Positions 32,101-46,321 are shown, counted from the first letter of the stretch. The stretch is DNA of 64,000 nucleotides from Orbicella franksi (GCA_964199315.1 OZ116709.1:26598001-26662000); one strand, 5' to 3'. Notes: generated by a model not told the origin, from the letters alone. Made by a program: numbers and translations.

Positions 32101-34329
32101 CATGCCTTATGAAGACAGCGATTCGGATTGCATTCATGAAGTTCATGCCATTTTTTTTTTCACAAACTATTTGGCGATATGGAAATTCGCAGTTTGTTGG
32201 CAGCTGTTGTTATGTTTAGTTATCACATTGCCCCGAAGGCATAAGATAAGCGATTTAGTGCTCTTGTAATAAATAAATGTTAGTTCGTTGTTTCAAACTG
32301 TGCACCCTATTTTCAATTCCGAAGGGGCAAAACAAAAACGGTTCTACGATTTCAAAATAAAAATAGTCTGCAACAAGACTTCCTAACAACAGAGTTTTTT
32401 CATTTCCATATTTATTTAGTTTCGTTTAGTGATAGTATTGGCCATTATAGACACGAAAGATAGATTTTCGAATTCTTTTCTCCTTGCTGAATCGCGAGGT
32501 TGTTTTATTTTTTGGTTAACGAACGTTAATAGGAGCGATTTGCAATCTGAAGGGAAACGTAGACAAAGCATTCTTATCTCGAGTCTCCAGCGATAGGACT
32601 TTTGTGATCATGGTTTTTGATTACGATTGTTTGTTCAAAGGTTTTTGCCATCATTAAACTTTAATATGTGCACCAGAATTTACAGCTTAAAAGTTGGTTC
32701 TTATTGAAGTTGGGAGTTCAAGCTACAGGATATTTACCTTGCAAAGTAATTTCGATTAAAAAATGTCTTCCAAATTAGCTGAAAAGCGTCGAATTGAGAT
32801 AATTGTAATGAAAAAAACCCATCTGGTGCTCGCTTTCTCGAAGTAATTTATGGCTGTTTGCGGAGGTGTATAGCTAGTATACATTTAGTGTTTGCCAATT
32901 GAAATCTTTCGCGGAGAATTTCCCTTTCGGTTCGGTTTTGATCTCCACAGTGCGTCGTGATGTTTATGTGGAAAAAGGCAATTTTCTTTAAGGATGTAAT
33001 GATACAGCCAGCACTTGGGTAAAAGGTTAAGCAATTTTACGTTATAATGTACTCCGTAATTCTTTAACACCGCCCACTCTCAATCTATAACTCCATTATT
33101 TTTTCGATATTAACACTTGCTTCAGTTTCGCTCGGCTCATCATAGGAGCAAAAAAAACTAATTAGTAACCTTTCGATTCCGTATTACCATTAAAATCTAC
33201 ATACACCTAAGGACTTTCTGCGCGACGTTTTCGGTATTATATTGCTCGAGGCTCGAGTTATGTGTTTTAGAAAGTGTTTTCAGTTTTGAAACAAAAAAAA
33301 GGACGAATTTGCTATTTCCGGGTCATCTTGAGCGTCGCAGGTGCATTAGTTGTTCTACAACAATAAAGAATTCCATTTCTTCGGCCGCTTTGGCAATGTG
33401 CAAACACAACTTGTACACGAGAAAGAAAAAAATTTGCATGATAATAGATTATCTGGAGCAAATGGGGCTAGCGTTCCAAACAATACGTTTTTCTCGTTTA
33501 AGTAATATTCTGGTTTTCGCCCTCTTAGATTCTTCGTGTTTTTGTGGATGGTTTGTTTTTATGGAAGTGCTGTAAATTGTATTGCGGTGGTGACTCCGAA
33601 TGAAGTTCTTAATGCGCTTAATGACGAGTTATTCTAAGACTGTTTTGACTTTCGATTAAAGTGTTTTAGTTTTTATACGTGTAAAACATTATCATATTTT
33701 TATGTTTTATACTTATATTTTTATCATATATTTTTTTGGTGAGCCCGGAATCTTTCTCCAAGACAGAACAATGCTTGGGAAACACGTTACAATACTTCTT
33801 GGATGAGAACGGTTTAAAGTTTAGAACTTCAACGAACGACGGTTTTTATTTGAAATTGTCAGACAAGTTGTGATTGCCTGTGTTCTCTTGTAAAAAATCT
33901 AAGTGTTGTTGAAATTCTGTCGCAGTGAACAATAGCTCATGTTAATTTAGTTTGCGTGGGAGGGAAAGACACGTCACTCAAGCGACAAGCGCGCGCATTA
34001 CCAATAAGCGAATATACAAATGGAATGAAGCTCTGTAGAAGCCATAAAACAGCCATCACCAAGCACTTCACTATATCGCTATTTCAAACAAGATGCTGAC
34101 ACGAATGCGCGTTTCTTGAGAGCAGGCGAAGCATCTGAAATCTTCTCGCTGAAGACTGATGGCAGAGAAATTTACTCTCGGTTGGCAGCGGAACTCCATG
34201 GCGCCAAGAAACGATGAGTAAAAAACTGTCAGACTGTCAGCGAAAAAGAGGAATTATCCAACCGGTCTTTGGCTGTGTTTTTCAGCCGGATAAACGAGGG
34301 ATTGCTTAAATAAGTGGCCTTTAGAGAAG

Positions 34330-37300
34330 ATGTCAAAGACCGGCAATCAAATCACATGGAAAGACCAGCTTATAGGCGCGATTGTGGTCATCTTATTTGT
34401 TATAACTCTAGTCTTAAACTTCTTGGCACTTCATTATACCTATGTCAAAGTTCGCAAGCCTTCGCTGAAGAAAATCCCGCATCTTTTGGTGGGCGCTCTG
34501 TCTTTGGCAGGGCTTGGAATTGCCTGTTTTCAGTATATACCATTCATCTCGTCTCGGTTCGCGGGTGAGTGGTCGCGCGACATTGGCGCGTGTCACTTCG
34601 TCGCGTTCGGCGTTCTGTTTTTCGGCACGTTAACCATCTCTCTGGTGGTAATGATGAGCTTAGAGCGACTTGGCGCAATCGTCTTTCCTTTCTACTACAA
34701 GGAGAGCGTCACTTTTCACAAGTGTGTGGTGTTGCTAGTCGTCTTGGTTCTGTACTCCTTTTTACTCGCCATTTTACCGACGGCGCTCAACAGAGTCGAG
34801 CTGAACGTCTCCACCGGCGTGTGCAGCTACGCGGTCGAGTCTCACAACACGGATACCAAGGCGGTGGTGTATGTGATGTCGACGCATTACGTGCTGTCAG
34901 TGCTAGTAATGGTGCTATCTAACATCACCGTGGTCTACACGCTGCATGTCTTGGAGAAAAAATCTCTCTCCGATGTTTATGATCAAGATAGCAGACCCGA
35001 GAAAGGGACACGCGCGAAAAGCTCTGGTACCTCTGCCTGCGTGAGTTTCGCCAAGATGGTGGCGCTGATGGCCGTTTGCTATTCAATTTGTTGGACTACA
35101 ATATTGGTAAGTGCTGACTATCTTTTAATTATCAGTGTATAGGCGAGTACGTCCATTGACCGGCGAATTTATGCGTAATTTGGTATTATTTTTTCGCGCG
35201 CCCGACCTCTGGATATCTTTGCTTTGTTTGTTTGCTAATGTTATTATAGATTCCATCTTGTTAATGTTATTGTAACTTTTCCGCGCGTGTACAAGTTTGG
35301 TTAGACTGTTTTCACCAACATGTTTCTTTCATTAACTTAGTGCCGGCTGTACAGACTTGATCAGTTTGGTTTTTGTCGGTTCAAGCTGCTTCGCTTTAAG
35401 TGACCGGAAATCCAAGCTCGGAAATCAGGAAAAAATAAACCTCTCTAGCCCGAAATTTCACCGAGTCCCTCGTGTTGTTGTCGTGGTTTGTTTAGGTAAT
35501 GTGTGGCATTAAGCTGGTTTATCGACCCAAGGAACAGAAAAACGCAAAAAAAAGTCGCTTAGAAATGAATACATCGGGGCGTATTGTTTAGAATATACTA
35601 ATCAGTATAAGAGACGAAGGGTAAGCTTTGAATTGATGTAGACATCAAAAACCTGCAATAAAAAGCATCACAACACTCAGGGTAAACCCGCGTTGGCCGA
35701 AAGAAGAGTTGTAAATATCTCTCGATTTGAATTTTCAGTCGTCTTCGCTAAACACTTCGTAAGCTATTAAACTAAAAGCGCGTCATTGTGTTTTTCTTCT
35801 TCAGACGCAGAGGCTAGTGGTAATTAAATCGAACTTTTTTCAGATCAGTGAAAATTAATATTTTCCAATGAAAATTATTATTTTCTGTCGGTCGTCTCGA
35901 AATTTCTCGGGAACAGCTGTAGCTTGTGGTAGAAATATTAACAGGGATCGGACCAGTCGTGAAACAAAAGCAAGCGCAGAGAATGAATGAATTTGTTTCC
36001 TCTGAAACCAATCCGTGAGGCAAACCAAGATAAAACAAAAATTGCATAATGATGTCCCCGAGGACTTGCTTATCTCGAGCTAAGTGATCGACCATCGCAT
36101 CAACCCGATTCAGCGTGCGTCAGTGTGTAATAGAAGCGAATTGAAGTCTGATTACAACGCTCTCAGCCGAACAGCGGCATCTTTCCATTATTCGGCGCAG
36201 AAATATCGGAATTATATTTCCTTATTACGGTTAATTTTTATCACCTTTCACCACTTACAGAATTTATGCCAACGAGAATTGATAAAAGAGCGGAGTCCAC
36301 ATGCACTTTGTCGTGCGGTTGGCTATATTACTTCCTCAAAAAAAAAGAAAAAAAAAATAGATGAAGCCAAGATTTCATTGACGAGTTTATCACCAGTGCT
36401 GTTCTTGGTTGGCTGGGAAATTGAATAAATTCTTTTCATATTCCTTCGATGACGCACTGTAATTGGCGACTAGCCTCAGTTGAGCACCGATAGGTTTTTT
36501 TTTTTTTTTTTTTTTTTTTCAGGGCTAGCTTTTAGTTGATACATGTAGTTGCGGGAATCTTAGTGCTAATAGGCATGATGTATTGAAGTCGCCCCAATAG
36601 CTAATGTATTCATCTTATCCTGCCACTCTTTTCGCGAAGCTCGTAGACTATCTTCTCCGACTGCATTTTAATAAAAATACCGACTCATTTGACCATTTAA
36701 TTGACGGTAAAAAATTGACGGTAGAAAACCCCATCAAACGTCAATACACAAAGATATACATTGATTTTCCCGCAGCCATTGAATGCTTTGAAACGTGTAA
36801 AAATTTGCATGCACCGTGAGTAAGTACGATGAACTTTCGATGAAAAGGGAAGCAGACGAAGCAAAAGACTGACGGCTTGTTGTTAATTTGTCCGTCGACA
36901 TAGTTGCAGGCAACGTTATGACATTTTTTCACTGCTGTTTTCCCATTTTATTGAGCAAGACATTAAAATATAGCGGTGAAACTAGACGAGTAATTGCTAG
37001 TCGCTTGTTGATACCAATAAATATTTTATAGCATTTCGCTAGCTCCCGCTATCTCGTTTAATTCGCGTGTAACTATGTGAATATTTGAACCAAGTTGACC
37101 CACTGTAGAGTAAGAGTTTAAAATTGACCGAAAGATCGAAAGTCTACAACCTTAGGCTGTATTTTTTGCTACTCGCACAGAAATTATGATTTTGTTTTTC
37201 CGTTGTTTTTCTCAATAATTAATTAAAGTTAATTGCCTAGTTTTGCTAAAATAACGGAACGGTTTTCAGTTGCGGTGAAAGTGAAAAAGCTAAGATGATT

Positions 37301-40300
37301 TTTTTATCTTTTTTCTGGCATCACATCCTGTATTTTAAAATGAACTGCCCGCGAGCAAATTTAAAATTGAAATAAATGACGCTTTTTTGAAACAGATACG
37401 ACCGTGTTTTCCTTTTCTTCTTTACATTGTTTTATTTCAACCCTCTAGAAAATTGCCGCCACAAATTCTTACAATGCAATATCCTTTTCTCACAGAAAAT
37501 CCTACATGCTAATATCCGCTAACAAATCACAATGTAATGGGTGCAAAAAAAAAAGGAAGGTAGAATAGCAAATGAAAGAACTTTACAATTTTTCTTTTGA
37601 GCGCTAACTTAGTTTCACCTTTACACCTGGTGGGTGGTTTTCGCACGAAAACGTGGCATTTCGCAGAATTGTGAAGTTCAGCGGGAAGCTTGGCGGGAAT
37701 CAAATACAACGCATTTTTTTTAAATGTTATTTTATGCAATCTGCGCAAACTTTTGTTGCTTAATGAAAATTTTTCATTCTCGATCTCATGAAGCCTCACT
37801 ATTTTCAGGCAAAAGAAAATTGTAGGGAAATAAATTAAACCTTATTCATCACAAATTTAAGTGCGAGTTCGCTGTTTATCGTGTTAATGAGAGGACTTTG
37901 TGCTGTTTTGTCTTTAAGTAAATATTATTGACATGCTTTTCGTTTAATATAAACACAACACAGCTAAAACGAAACTTGAAATATACATTTGTAACTCAAT
38001 TTTCTCTTTTTTAATGACATATGGGAAGTTTTTCATTTTAAAAGGAGACATTTCTCATCAAGATTACATGGCGGATTTGGCCATTTTTACGGATATAAGA
38101 GATCAAAGTTCTGTGAAAACTAAACCACATCCCATGGATTAATTGCATTCCCCCAAAGTCGCTCAAATCTCCAAGACGAAACATGGAGTTGTTTGTTCAT
38201 CCGTTAACCCAAAGCCCAGTCTAAATAAAAATTACAGGAAGAAACGTTCTAGCTTGTACAGCACAATCCACGACTGGATTCCTTATTTTTGCAGAATACG
38301 AGTCCTCCTGTTTGCCCCCCACCCCCTCCCCCTCGACCTGTACTCCTACCAGGGGCGGATCTCCAATGGGCGCAAAAGTAGTCGAGACACTGTTAGAAAA
38401 TGACGCTTTTCGATACTTAACCTCTTATTCCATTTAATTTGCGGGCCCCCCAATTCAATGTTGTGTGGTGCTGTGGTCTGTGCAGTCTAAGAACTAGAGA
38501 AATCAACGCTGTTTGGGGCAAGGGGGAGGGGGGAGGGGGGCGAATGTTTCCAAGACGCTCGAAAATCGAATTTCACTGTGAACTGTCTCAACACTTTTGT
38601 CGCGTACTGTAGGATAAATGGTGACTGATTTCATAAAATAATCCCCGAAGGCGCAATCTTCTTGGCTCAGGGGTCCTGTGCCATGATCCCCCAGGGAGTG
38701 TATTGGATTTTAACTCCCTCAAGTCCTCTTTCCGGGATGTTAAACCGATTTCCGTAAAACGGTGAAAACTTATATGGATCCGCGCCTGACTAAGGTTTTA
38801 CGGCGATTAATTCGTTTGCAAGTGGAGAGCTTAGATGAAAGTGTCAAATTTTGGGCCTTTGTCATTTGTTGTCAGATCATTTCCAAAGGTGGTCTGTTTT
38901 TGTTTGTTTGTTTGTTTTTTATTACGGTTATATCCCCCTCCCGATATAAGCTCTCCCTGTTATATACTGTTTAGTTCCTTCCCCCCCAGGAGGTGGAAAG
39001 GGCCCCGTTATATATATGCTCTCCTAAAATCCTTAGGAACTTGTGTAAGCCCAGGGCTTAGATATATAAAGGCAGTTAAGTAATGTCATCTTTCGTTCGT
39101 TTATGAGACTAGTTCACGCGCATACTCAACGGATGGGAACCGCTATTAACCTGACTGCGAGAAAAAGTAACAGAACATCCTCAAACGCCTTAGGCAAACA
39201 TGACATTGCTATTAACTTTTTATTATCTGATAATCTAATCTCGTTCAGGCCTGAATTTTTTTCAGGCTCTAATTTCACAACTGCCTTAGTTGTGTTTATA
39301 ACTGCGATGATCAATCATGTCGTCATATCTTTCTCCGGAGTTCAAATATATTATCTTTCATATATTCACTTGTATTCTTCACAATCTACGGGTATATAAC
39401 GAACTCACAATATAATCAGCTCCCAGTTGGCTTGATAACTCAGTTGCTGGAGCACTGCAACGGAATCGCAGAGGTCATGGGTTCGAATCCCGTTCAGGCC
39501 TGAATCTCACAACTGCCTAAGTTGTGTATATAACTGCGATGATCAATCATGTCTTCATATCTTTCTCCGCAGTTCAAATATATGATGTTTCATATATTCA
39601 CTTGCAAGCACGCATAGTCTTATAGCCATTTCAAAAAAAAAAAAAAAGTTCAACTTTGGAACTAACAAATTTCAAATCATGTCCGCCTCCTTCACGACTA
39701 CCAAAAATCAAATTGCGAGATATTGAACTGAGCAACTGAAACGAATAATTCATGAAAATTATGGCTGTCATTTGAAAAATCACACTCTGTGATCTCTTTC
39801 ACGGAATTACAAGTTTAAACAACTTTTACAGACTAATGAACAGTACACATGCATGTACTGGTTAAGAACTTTCATTTGGACTGTAGTACATGAGGATTTC
39901 ATCCACAAAATTTGAAACGTTAAAACCACATAGGCTCAGTAACGAAGACGAGGCTTCAAATCAGTGTATTCTAGTGAGATCGCTGGTAACAACAATGCAA
40001 GTCTTTTTTTGTTTGTTTGTTTTTTGTTTTTGCTTTTTTGTGTTTTGTTTTGTTTTGTTTTGTTTTTTGGTGTGACATGGGACGCATAAGGTAAATAGAG
40101 AGGGTTACGTACTCCTGAAAACCAGGGACACGGGCATATAGCAGAATAAATTGTGTGGGCAGAAAACCTGCATTTTCAAAAGTTCAACGCAAGACTTGTT
40201 TTTTGGATTTAGGATGAAGATCAAAAAATTCTCCCCAATAAAAGATGTCACGATCTCCATGAACAAGATTTTGCTCTTTGAAGTGTCGGTATGACCAGCA

Positions 40301-43300
40301 GAGTCTCATTTTATAGCTCGTAGAGTTACTGTAACCACTTTGAATTCAGCGTAAGACAATACAGAAAAGGCATCGTAACTGAAGGGCTCCAGTAAAACGT
40401 ACGTGGGGATTGAAGGATAAAATAATTCTCAGAAAGCTTCACTCCGTTAGAGCCTACCCTTTTCTAACCACACGTATATAAATAAGCTATAAGGTGTGTT
40501 AGAACAGATCAAATCGCTTCTGTGTACTTTCAGAAATGACATTGTACACAAATTACACCATCAGGATTACATCAGTGTTTCTTACCATGTTTTCCTTCAC
40601 TTTCAACATGGCGCAGTTTCAAGACCAGCGCGAACGGTTTATTTAATAACCCTTTTATTTCTTGCCATATTTTCCTCCACTTTCAACATGGCGCGATTTC
40701 AAGTCCCATCCCCGAACGGGTTCTACGAACGTAACACGGACATAACTGGCAGACGTTCTTAAATAATCTTTTTATTGTTAAATTTCAGATGCGAATCGTT
40801 ATCCTATACGCTTATAACTGGCATAACAAGTACTTCGACCAAGTGGTGCTGGTGCTGACCACGTTGGATCCTCTTATAAATCACTGCGTCTGTCTATGGA
40901 CTATGAGAAAATACCGCGATGGCTACGCATCCTCGCTGGGCAAGGTCTTCTCTTGCTTCAAGCCTTCGGAGGAAGGGATGTTTCGTTCCGCCATCACTCG
41001 GATCAGCTCTATATCCAGGCGTTCTTTTAGTCGCTCGTCTTCTTCGGCTAGGTCATCCTCCATGCGAACATCAAGAAGAAAATCTTGTAAGTTTGGAGTT
41101 GCACTTTTTTAGATATAAAGGAAAATTATTTTTAGCTCAAATTGTCGGCCATTTCCTCGTCCTGTATTCATGGCTTTGGGTTACTGATAAAGAGCGGCGA
41201 GACTACCGCGCGATATTCATTAATTATATCATTTCTTGCAAGGAGACAAGTCTCGTTCATCTCGTACGAAGCCTTAAAATCTTAGTGCACTAAGATAGAT
41301 AATCACCAAAGGAATTACAGTGATCCATAGAGGACTAAAGATGGATCAGAGGGGGAAGATTGTTACGAAATTTACGAAAGAACTGTTCTTTTTTTTTTTT
41401 TCCGTGCTAATCTTTGCCGGCAGAAGGGCTGAGGAAGAGACAAAATTGAATTATTTTATAGATTAATGGAAGGAGTTCGTTGTCATGTGTAAAATGCTGC
41501 CAAAAGAAAAAAAAAAGCTTATCGAGCTGTTGAAAAATTAGAGTAATTTACAATTTCAGTGGTTTTAAAACCACGATAGTTCCGCGCAATGACGAGAAGA
41601 TCGATCACTTTTCCGAAAAACGTTCCGGTCGGTCATTTTCAATTGAAGATTGTAGTGTATGGTTTTCTGGGCGGCTGGTTTCCCAAGATGATATAGTGTT
41701 TGCTATTTTAGCCGGAATAAACGTTCTTAAATCCATTGTCAAACCAGCAAATGTGCCATTTAGTAAGCACTTTATTTCTGTTTTGTATTAAAATGAAGTT
41801 AATTTATATACGCCCAGATTCGATGTCTCTTTACAGCTCTGCTGCATTTTTCATGAAAAAAGTTAAATTCTGCCGGGCCTAAAATTCAGTTTTTCTTTGT
41901 CCTTTAAAAACGGTCGTTTTTATGCCGGTTCGTTTTCAACTCTGGGTCGCGAAAAACATTTTTCCTTCCTCCTCAAATATATTTTTTCCACCCCCTCAAA
42001 TTCGATATTCAGAGAGGCCATCAACCATTCAATAAGATCCGTGATGGCCCCTTACCTGTTTTTTTTTTTTTTTCCTTCTTATTTTCTGATTCTGGCATCC
42101 AAAAATCATTTGCCGTTTAAAGAAAGCAGTAAACGCCAGTCCCTGAGTGCTCAAAAACTCTGTGTTTTGCGACGTGGAAAAGTTTTCGCAAAGATTTTAT
42201 TGCGTGGTGAGTGTTGGAAAAGAAGCAAACATTTGTCATTAACAGCCATAAAACCCGTGTCCATGAGATGCGTGGTAAGACGAGAAACACGAAATCTTTT
42301 TCCTTATTATACATAGTGACGTCCGTTTTATTTTTTATATTATACACGGTTTATTCAACGTTAAGTGTTTCTATATCATTCGAGTGCAAAGGAGATCTCT
42401 TATCAACTTATGATAAAATGAACGTCGATTCGTTTTAAGTTTTCACCAAAATAAATATTAACTAAGGTTAACAGATTGCAGTCAACGTCAGCGTTTCACG
42501 AGACCATATCCCGCGCCAAACAGTCGAGTGGCATAATAAGCGCCGCTCCACGCTGTGTGGAACCAAAATTAAAATTTTCTTGCTCAGTCAGTCATGCATG
42601 ATTCGTTAATTGTCTCCTTGCGTGTGGCTAAATCGACTAAGTATTGATAATCACTATATTTCACCTGTTACCCTTCCCTGGACTTTAAGGTCAATAAATC
42701 GTGTATCAGCCCGCCGAGTGATTTATTACTACGCTATCAAGCACGGTTGTTTTGAATGTTCAATAAGTTCTCAGGTTCCCACGTCTGATTTCGGCATTTC
42801 TTTTTTTCTTACAGTGCATTCACCATTCATAGAAAACGTCTCGGCAAAGTACTTCCAATCATTAATTTTGAAACTGCAAAATGCGACACCTTGTTGATGT
42901 TACAACATGCTGAGTTTAAAGGACAGTTCTACCACTCAATTACCAAGTCGCCATAGATTACTTAGCTTTTATTAATACAAATTTCTGACTCGTTTTTATT
43001 CCGTGCAAGCGCGCTTCGTGAGTTTTTTTCTCCATCGATCGAATATTTATCTTTCAGTGGTTAGTTAATCCAAAGATTTAGTAGTAGATAATAACTCTTT
43101 CTCCAGTTGAAGTTCGTTCTTTGATAATTTTTACCCTCGTCTGTTTTGATCCCGCTCCCATTACTGTTTTCGTGCATTTCTCATATTTGTAGTTAAGGAA
43201 ATTTTCCATGTTGATCGGTTTTCGTGTTTTCGTGATCGAATTGAGTACGTAGTTATTTTAAGTTGTTGTTCAAAGCGAAGTACGTATATTTTGAAATATA

Positions 43301-44202
43301 ATCACGTCATATGGAGCTTTCGTGGTTTGTGATCGCGTTGTTTCCATGATTGTCATAAATATTTAACTGCAAAGCTTATGTTGCACGCTACTGGTTTTAA
43401 CTGTTTCTATCAAAGAAAACCTGATCAGTAAGTACTTTCAGTCGCCTATTTCTTATATCCTTCAAAATGCGAAACTATTGGCCGAATTTTCCTGATAATG
43501 CTTCGGTAAACTTTTTCGGAAAAGTCTTCCCAGAAACGTGATCACCAATCACCTGCCATTAATACTTCGTCCATTTTCTTCAACTGTTAATAACTGAAAG
43601 ATACTAGGTTATGGATCCACTACAAATCAGAGCCGGGTTGTTCAAAGCCTGATTATGCTAACCCAGGATTAGCGAGAATTTTGATTGCAGTTTTGCAATT
43701 TTCGGTGGGGTTTTCTGTTTAAATATTGTTTGTCTTCCAGTGTTGAGCGTGATTTATCTCAAAATACACAAAACATAAGAAGTAGAATATAATTTATTCA
43801 AGAAAAATTTATGCTTCGGTTAAATTTTAATCCTAGGTTAGCGTTAACCGACTTTCATACAACCCGGCCCTGGTATTTTTAATTTGTTTGAAGCCCAGAT
43901 CCCACTCTGTGTGAAGTAAAAGAACTCGTACCCAGATTGCACTCTGAGTGTAATGTATAATAATGGTCTGGGCGGTAGAATGTTCAAATAACAGTAGATT
44001 ATCAGCTATAATCTCTGCTGAGGGGAATTCAATTAGTTTTAATTGTTTTATTTTTTTTTTCCTTTTAGCCGCCGCACATACGTACAAACAAGTGGCTCAG
44101 AATAACCCAGATGTGCCGAGACCCATGCCGGCACCAGTTCGTGCGGAGATCCAGTCCGACCCCAAGGAGCTTGTAGAACAGGGCCACTCAGACGATCCTT
44201 AA
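34330..44202 (+). CDS. Class A 7TM GPCR, prostanoid-receptor-like, atypical. Exons 34330-35106, 40789-41086 and 44069-44202 give 402 aa; the unspliced form ending at 41112 gives 366 aa
   Basis: Six TM helices in ORF 34330 (N1.50 in VLNFLAL, C3.25, MSLERLGAIVFPFYY, ECL2 Cys). A phase-0 intron follows CWTTIL (ttg|gtaagt ... tttcag|atg), at the TM6 position typical of prostanoid receptor genes. Exon 2 supplies TM7 and a Ser/Arg tail. A phase-1 donor tctt|gtaagt is compatible with the 44069 exon. Confidence 0.85.
39241..39605 (+). mobile_element. tRNA-related tandem SINE-like repeat (about 1.7 units) in GPCR intron 1
   Basis: Duplicated tcacaactgcct...ataactgcgatgatcaatcatgtc...tatattcacttg, flanking a tRNA-like segment (ataactcagttgctggagcac...gggttcgaatccc). 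Confidence 0.65.
43628..43872. mobile_element. MITE with TIR cag(g/a)gccgggttg
   Basis: cagagccgggttgttcaaagc...gactttcatacaacccggccctg. Confidence 0.7.
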
Positions 44203-46113
44203 CGATGGCCGGCCCATCATGCTAGAGGTGCTACAATGGTAATAGTGACCTTCCTCAGGACCACGGGGACTACTCCGATATTTACAACGAAGTTCAGACG
44301 ATCGAGGCGCCAGGAATCAGATTAAGAATGTCTATATCACCAAGCTTCATTTGATTACGACCTTGCAATTTTCATCAGTTGATGTACTTGCCCATATATT
44401 TAAAATGTAGAATGGAGTTGAGGTAAAATACTTATCCCAACTAAAAGCTGATTTGCCCAAAAACATCGAGGGAAGTTCTGCCAACCTTTCACGATGCGCT
44501 ACGGTATCCGTTAACATGTTAAAATTTCAAACACGAAAAAACAAATACTTAGAAACGTTTTGAGGGCGTATAATAGAAGGGGCCTCCCTAGAAAAAGCTA
44601 ACGCTCACAATACTTTTAAAGTTGTCCTCTCAGAACTATTCCAAACAAAAATGAAGGTGATATCGAACTTGACCATAGGCTGTTGTAATGTTTGGGGTGG
44701 TTTAATTTTCTCTCGACTGTGGTAAAACCAAAACCCAACAGAACATATTTGGACAATCACAACAACACGGGAAAAACACGATGAACCAATCAGACCTCAA
44801 AGAAAAAGCTTCCAACGGGTGCCAAGCGCGAGAAAAGAGCCATTAGTGCAGCGCGCGGGAAAACAGCCAACCGGTGCCAAGCGCGGGAGAGCTTTCAGCA
44901 GAACTGAATTTGATTCTGCTTCTGATTGGTTGAAAAAAAAAAAGCATTTCCTGATTGGTTACAGTCCGTTGCACGTCGGACATTTTTGGAACCAATCATT
45001 ATCGAGAACGTTAGAAATGCAATTTCTTTGGACACCTCGAAAATCACTGTAAGGCCTGTTTTAGTTACGTCTACTAATCCAACCCGTTAAGAATATCGGT
45101 CGCCCGTGTAGGATATCAAAATTCCAAGAATGACGTGGTATCGAGCAGTTGAAAACTGCGACAGGAAATCTAGAAAAGCACCTCATTATGTCATGATGGC
45201 ATATTTATTTAGTTATTTTTCAAATGTGTAAAACGAATAAAAAATAGTCTCACACTTTTCCGTCTTTTATGTTATCTATATTAGTTATGCAAAGCTTTTG
45301 ACTCGTATTTCATGGAATATCCGACGAGTCACTTGTAGTTCCTCAGTGTACACACAATCCTTTAGGCGAGTGTGTTGACCAGGTAAGTAACAAGTGTGAC
45401 ATTCCTTGGAATACCACGAGAAAGCGTTGCATTACTATTTTATACCATACCGTAGAAAATACGGTGATGGGACCGGCGCGCAGCGCACAATGGGAAAGCT
45501 GGGTGCCATACCGTGGAGTAATACAACGGCTTTCCTGTGTTGATTGGCTGTATTTTAAATGCAATGTATTAGGCTTGCAGTCTAGTAACCTTTTCTCTTA
45601 AGATCCAACGAGTGCTGAGCACGAGCGCAAAAACTCGTCCCGACCCCACACCGCGGTCTCGACCTTCGCCTCCTTTTGGGGGAATCTATCGTAGTTATGT
45701 TGGGCAAGCAAGGCAGGCCGGTCTGGATCCGCAATATTTTGTCCTTCCCAAGGGCCACCCCGTTGCATTCGGGCTTTTTTAAAATCCCCCGCGGATAACA
45801 ATTTTACTAACTGCAATCGACGAACTCAAGATAAAATAATGAGAGGATCTGTGAACAGACTAGATCCGCGACAAAAGCCAGTGAGACTATGACGGCTTCG
45901 TAGAGCAAGCGATTAGTTACCAGTAGCTGGATTCATAGAAACGCTAATCAAAAGCTATATTTAAATGAGTTGTCTACAACCAAGACTACACAGCGTTTGT
46001 GCCATGTCGACATTGCAATGACAAACTGCTGATCTCAACTTTGGTAGAGATTTATATTCTTTTTGTTTTTACATTAATATCCAGTCAAATAAGTTAATGT
46101 CGTTCCCAAAAAC

Positions 46114-46115
<2 letters not shown>

Positions 46116-46185
<70 letters not shown>
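46116..46185. repeat. (AT)35 microsatellite
   Basis: Read directly from the sequence. Confidence 0.95.
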
Positions 46186-46189
<4 letters not shown>

Positions 46190-46321
46190 CGTGCATAGAA
46201 TGAACATATACCCACAAGAAAATGTGAAAATTCAAAAATATGGCAGTTTGCGATTCCAGTTACATGCAATGAATGTTGTTTGGAAATCTGTAATTTCAGT
46301 GGAACTCCAACTTAATCTGTG

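Noticed and set aside
34569-34922. 117-aa overlapping ORF inside GPCR exon 1
   Set aside because: A shadow frame of GC-rich coding sequence with no protein features.
39426-39500. tRNA gene in GPCR intron 1
   Set aside because: It has A/B-box-like motifs but no consistent cloverleaf, and it is embedded in a tandemly duplicated repeat.
44203-44370. Stop-codon readthrough or frameshifted extension of the GPCR tail (protein-like DHGDYSDIYNEVQ in another frame)
   Set aside because: The TAA-C context is weak and no phase-compatible splice joins that frame. It would need Ribo-seq or ortholog evidence.
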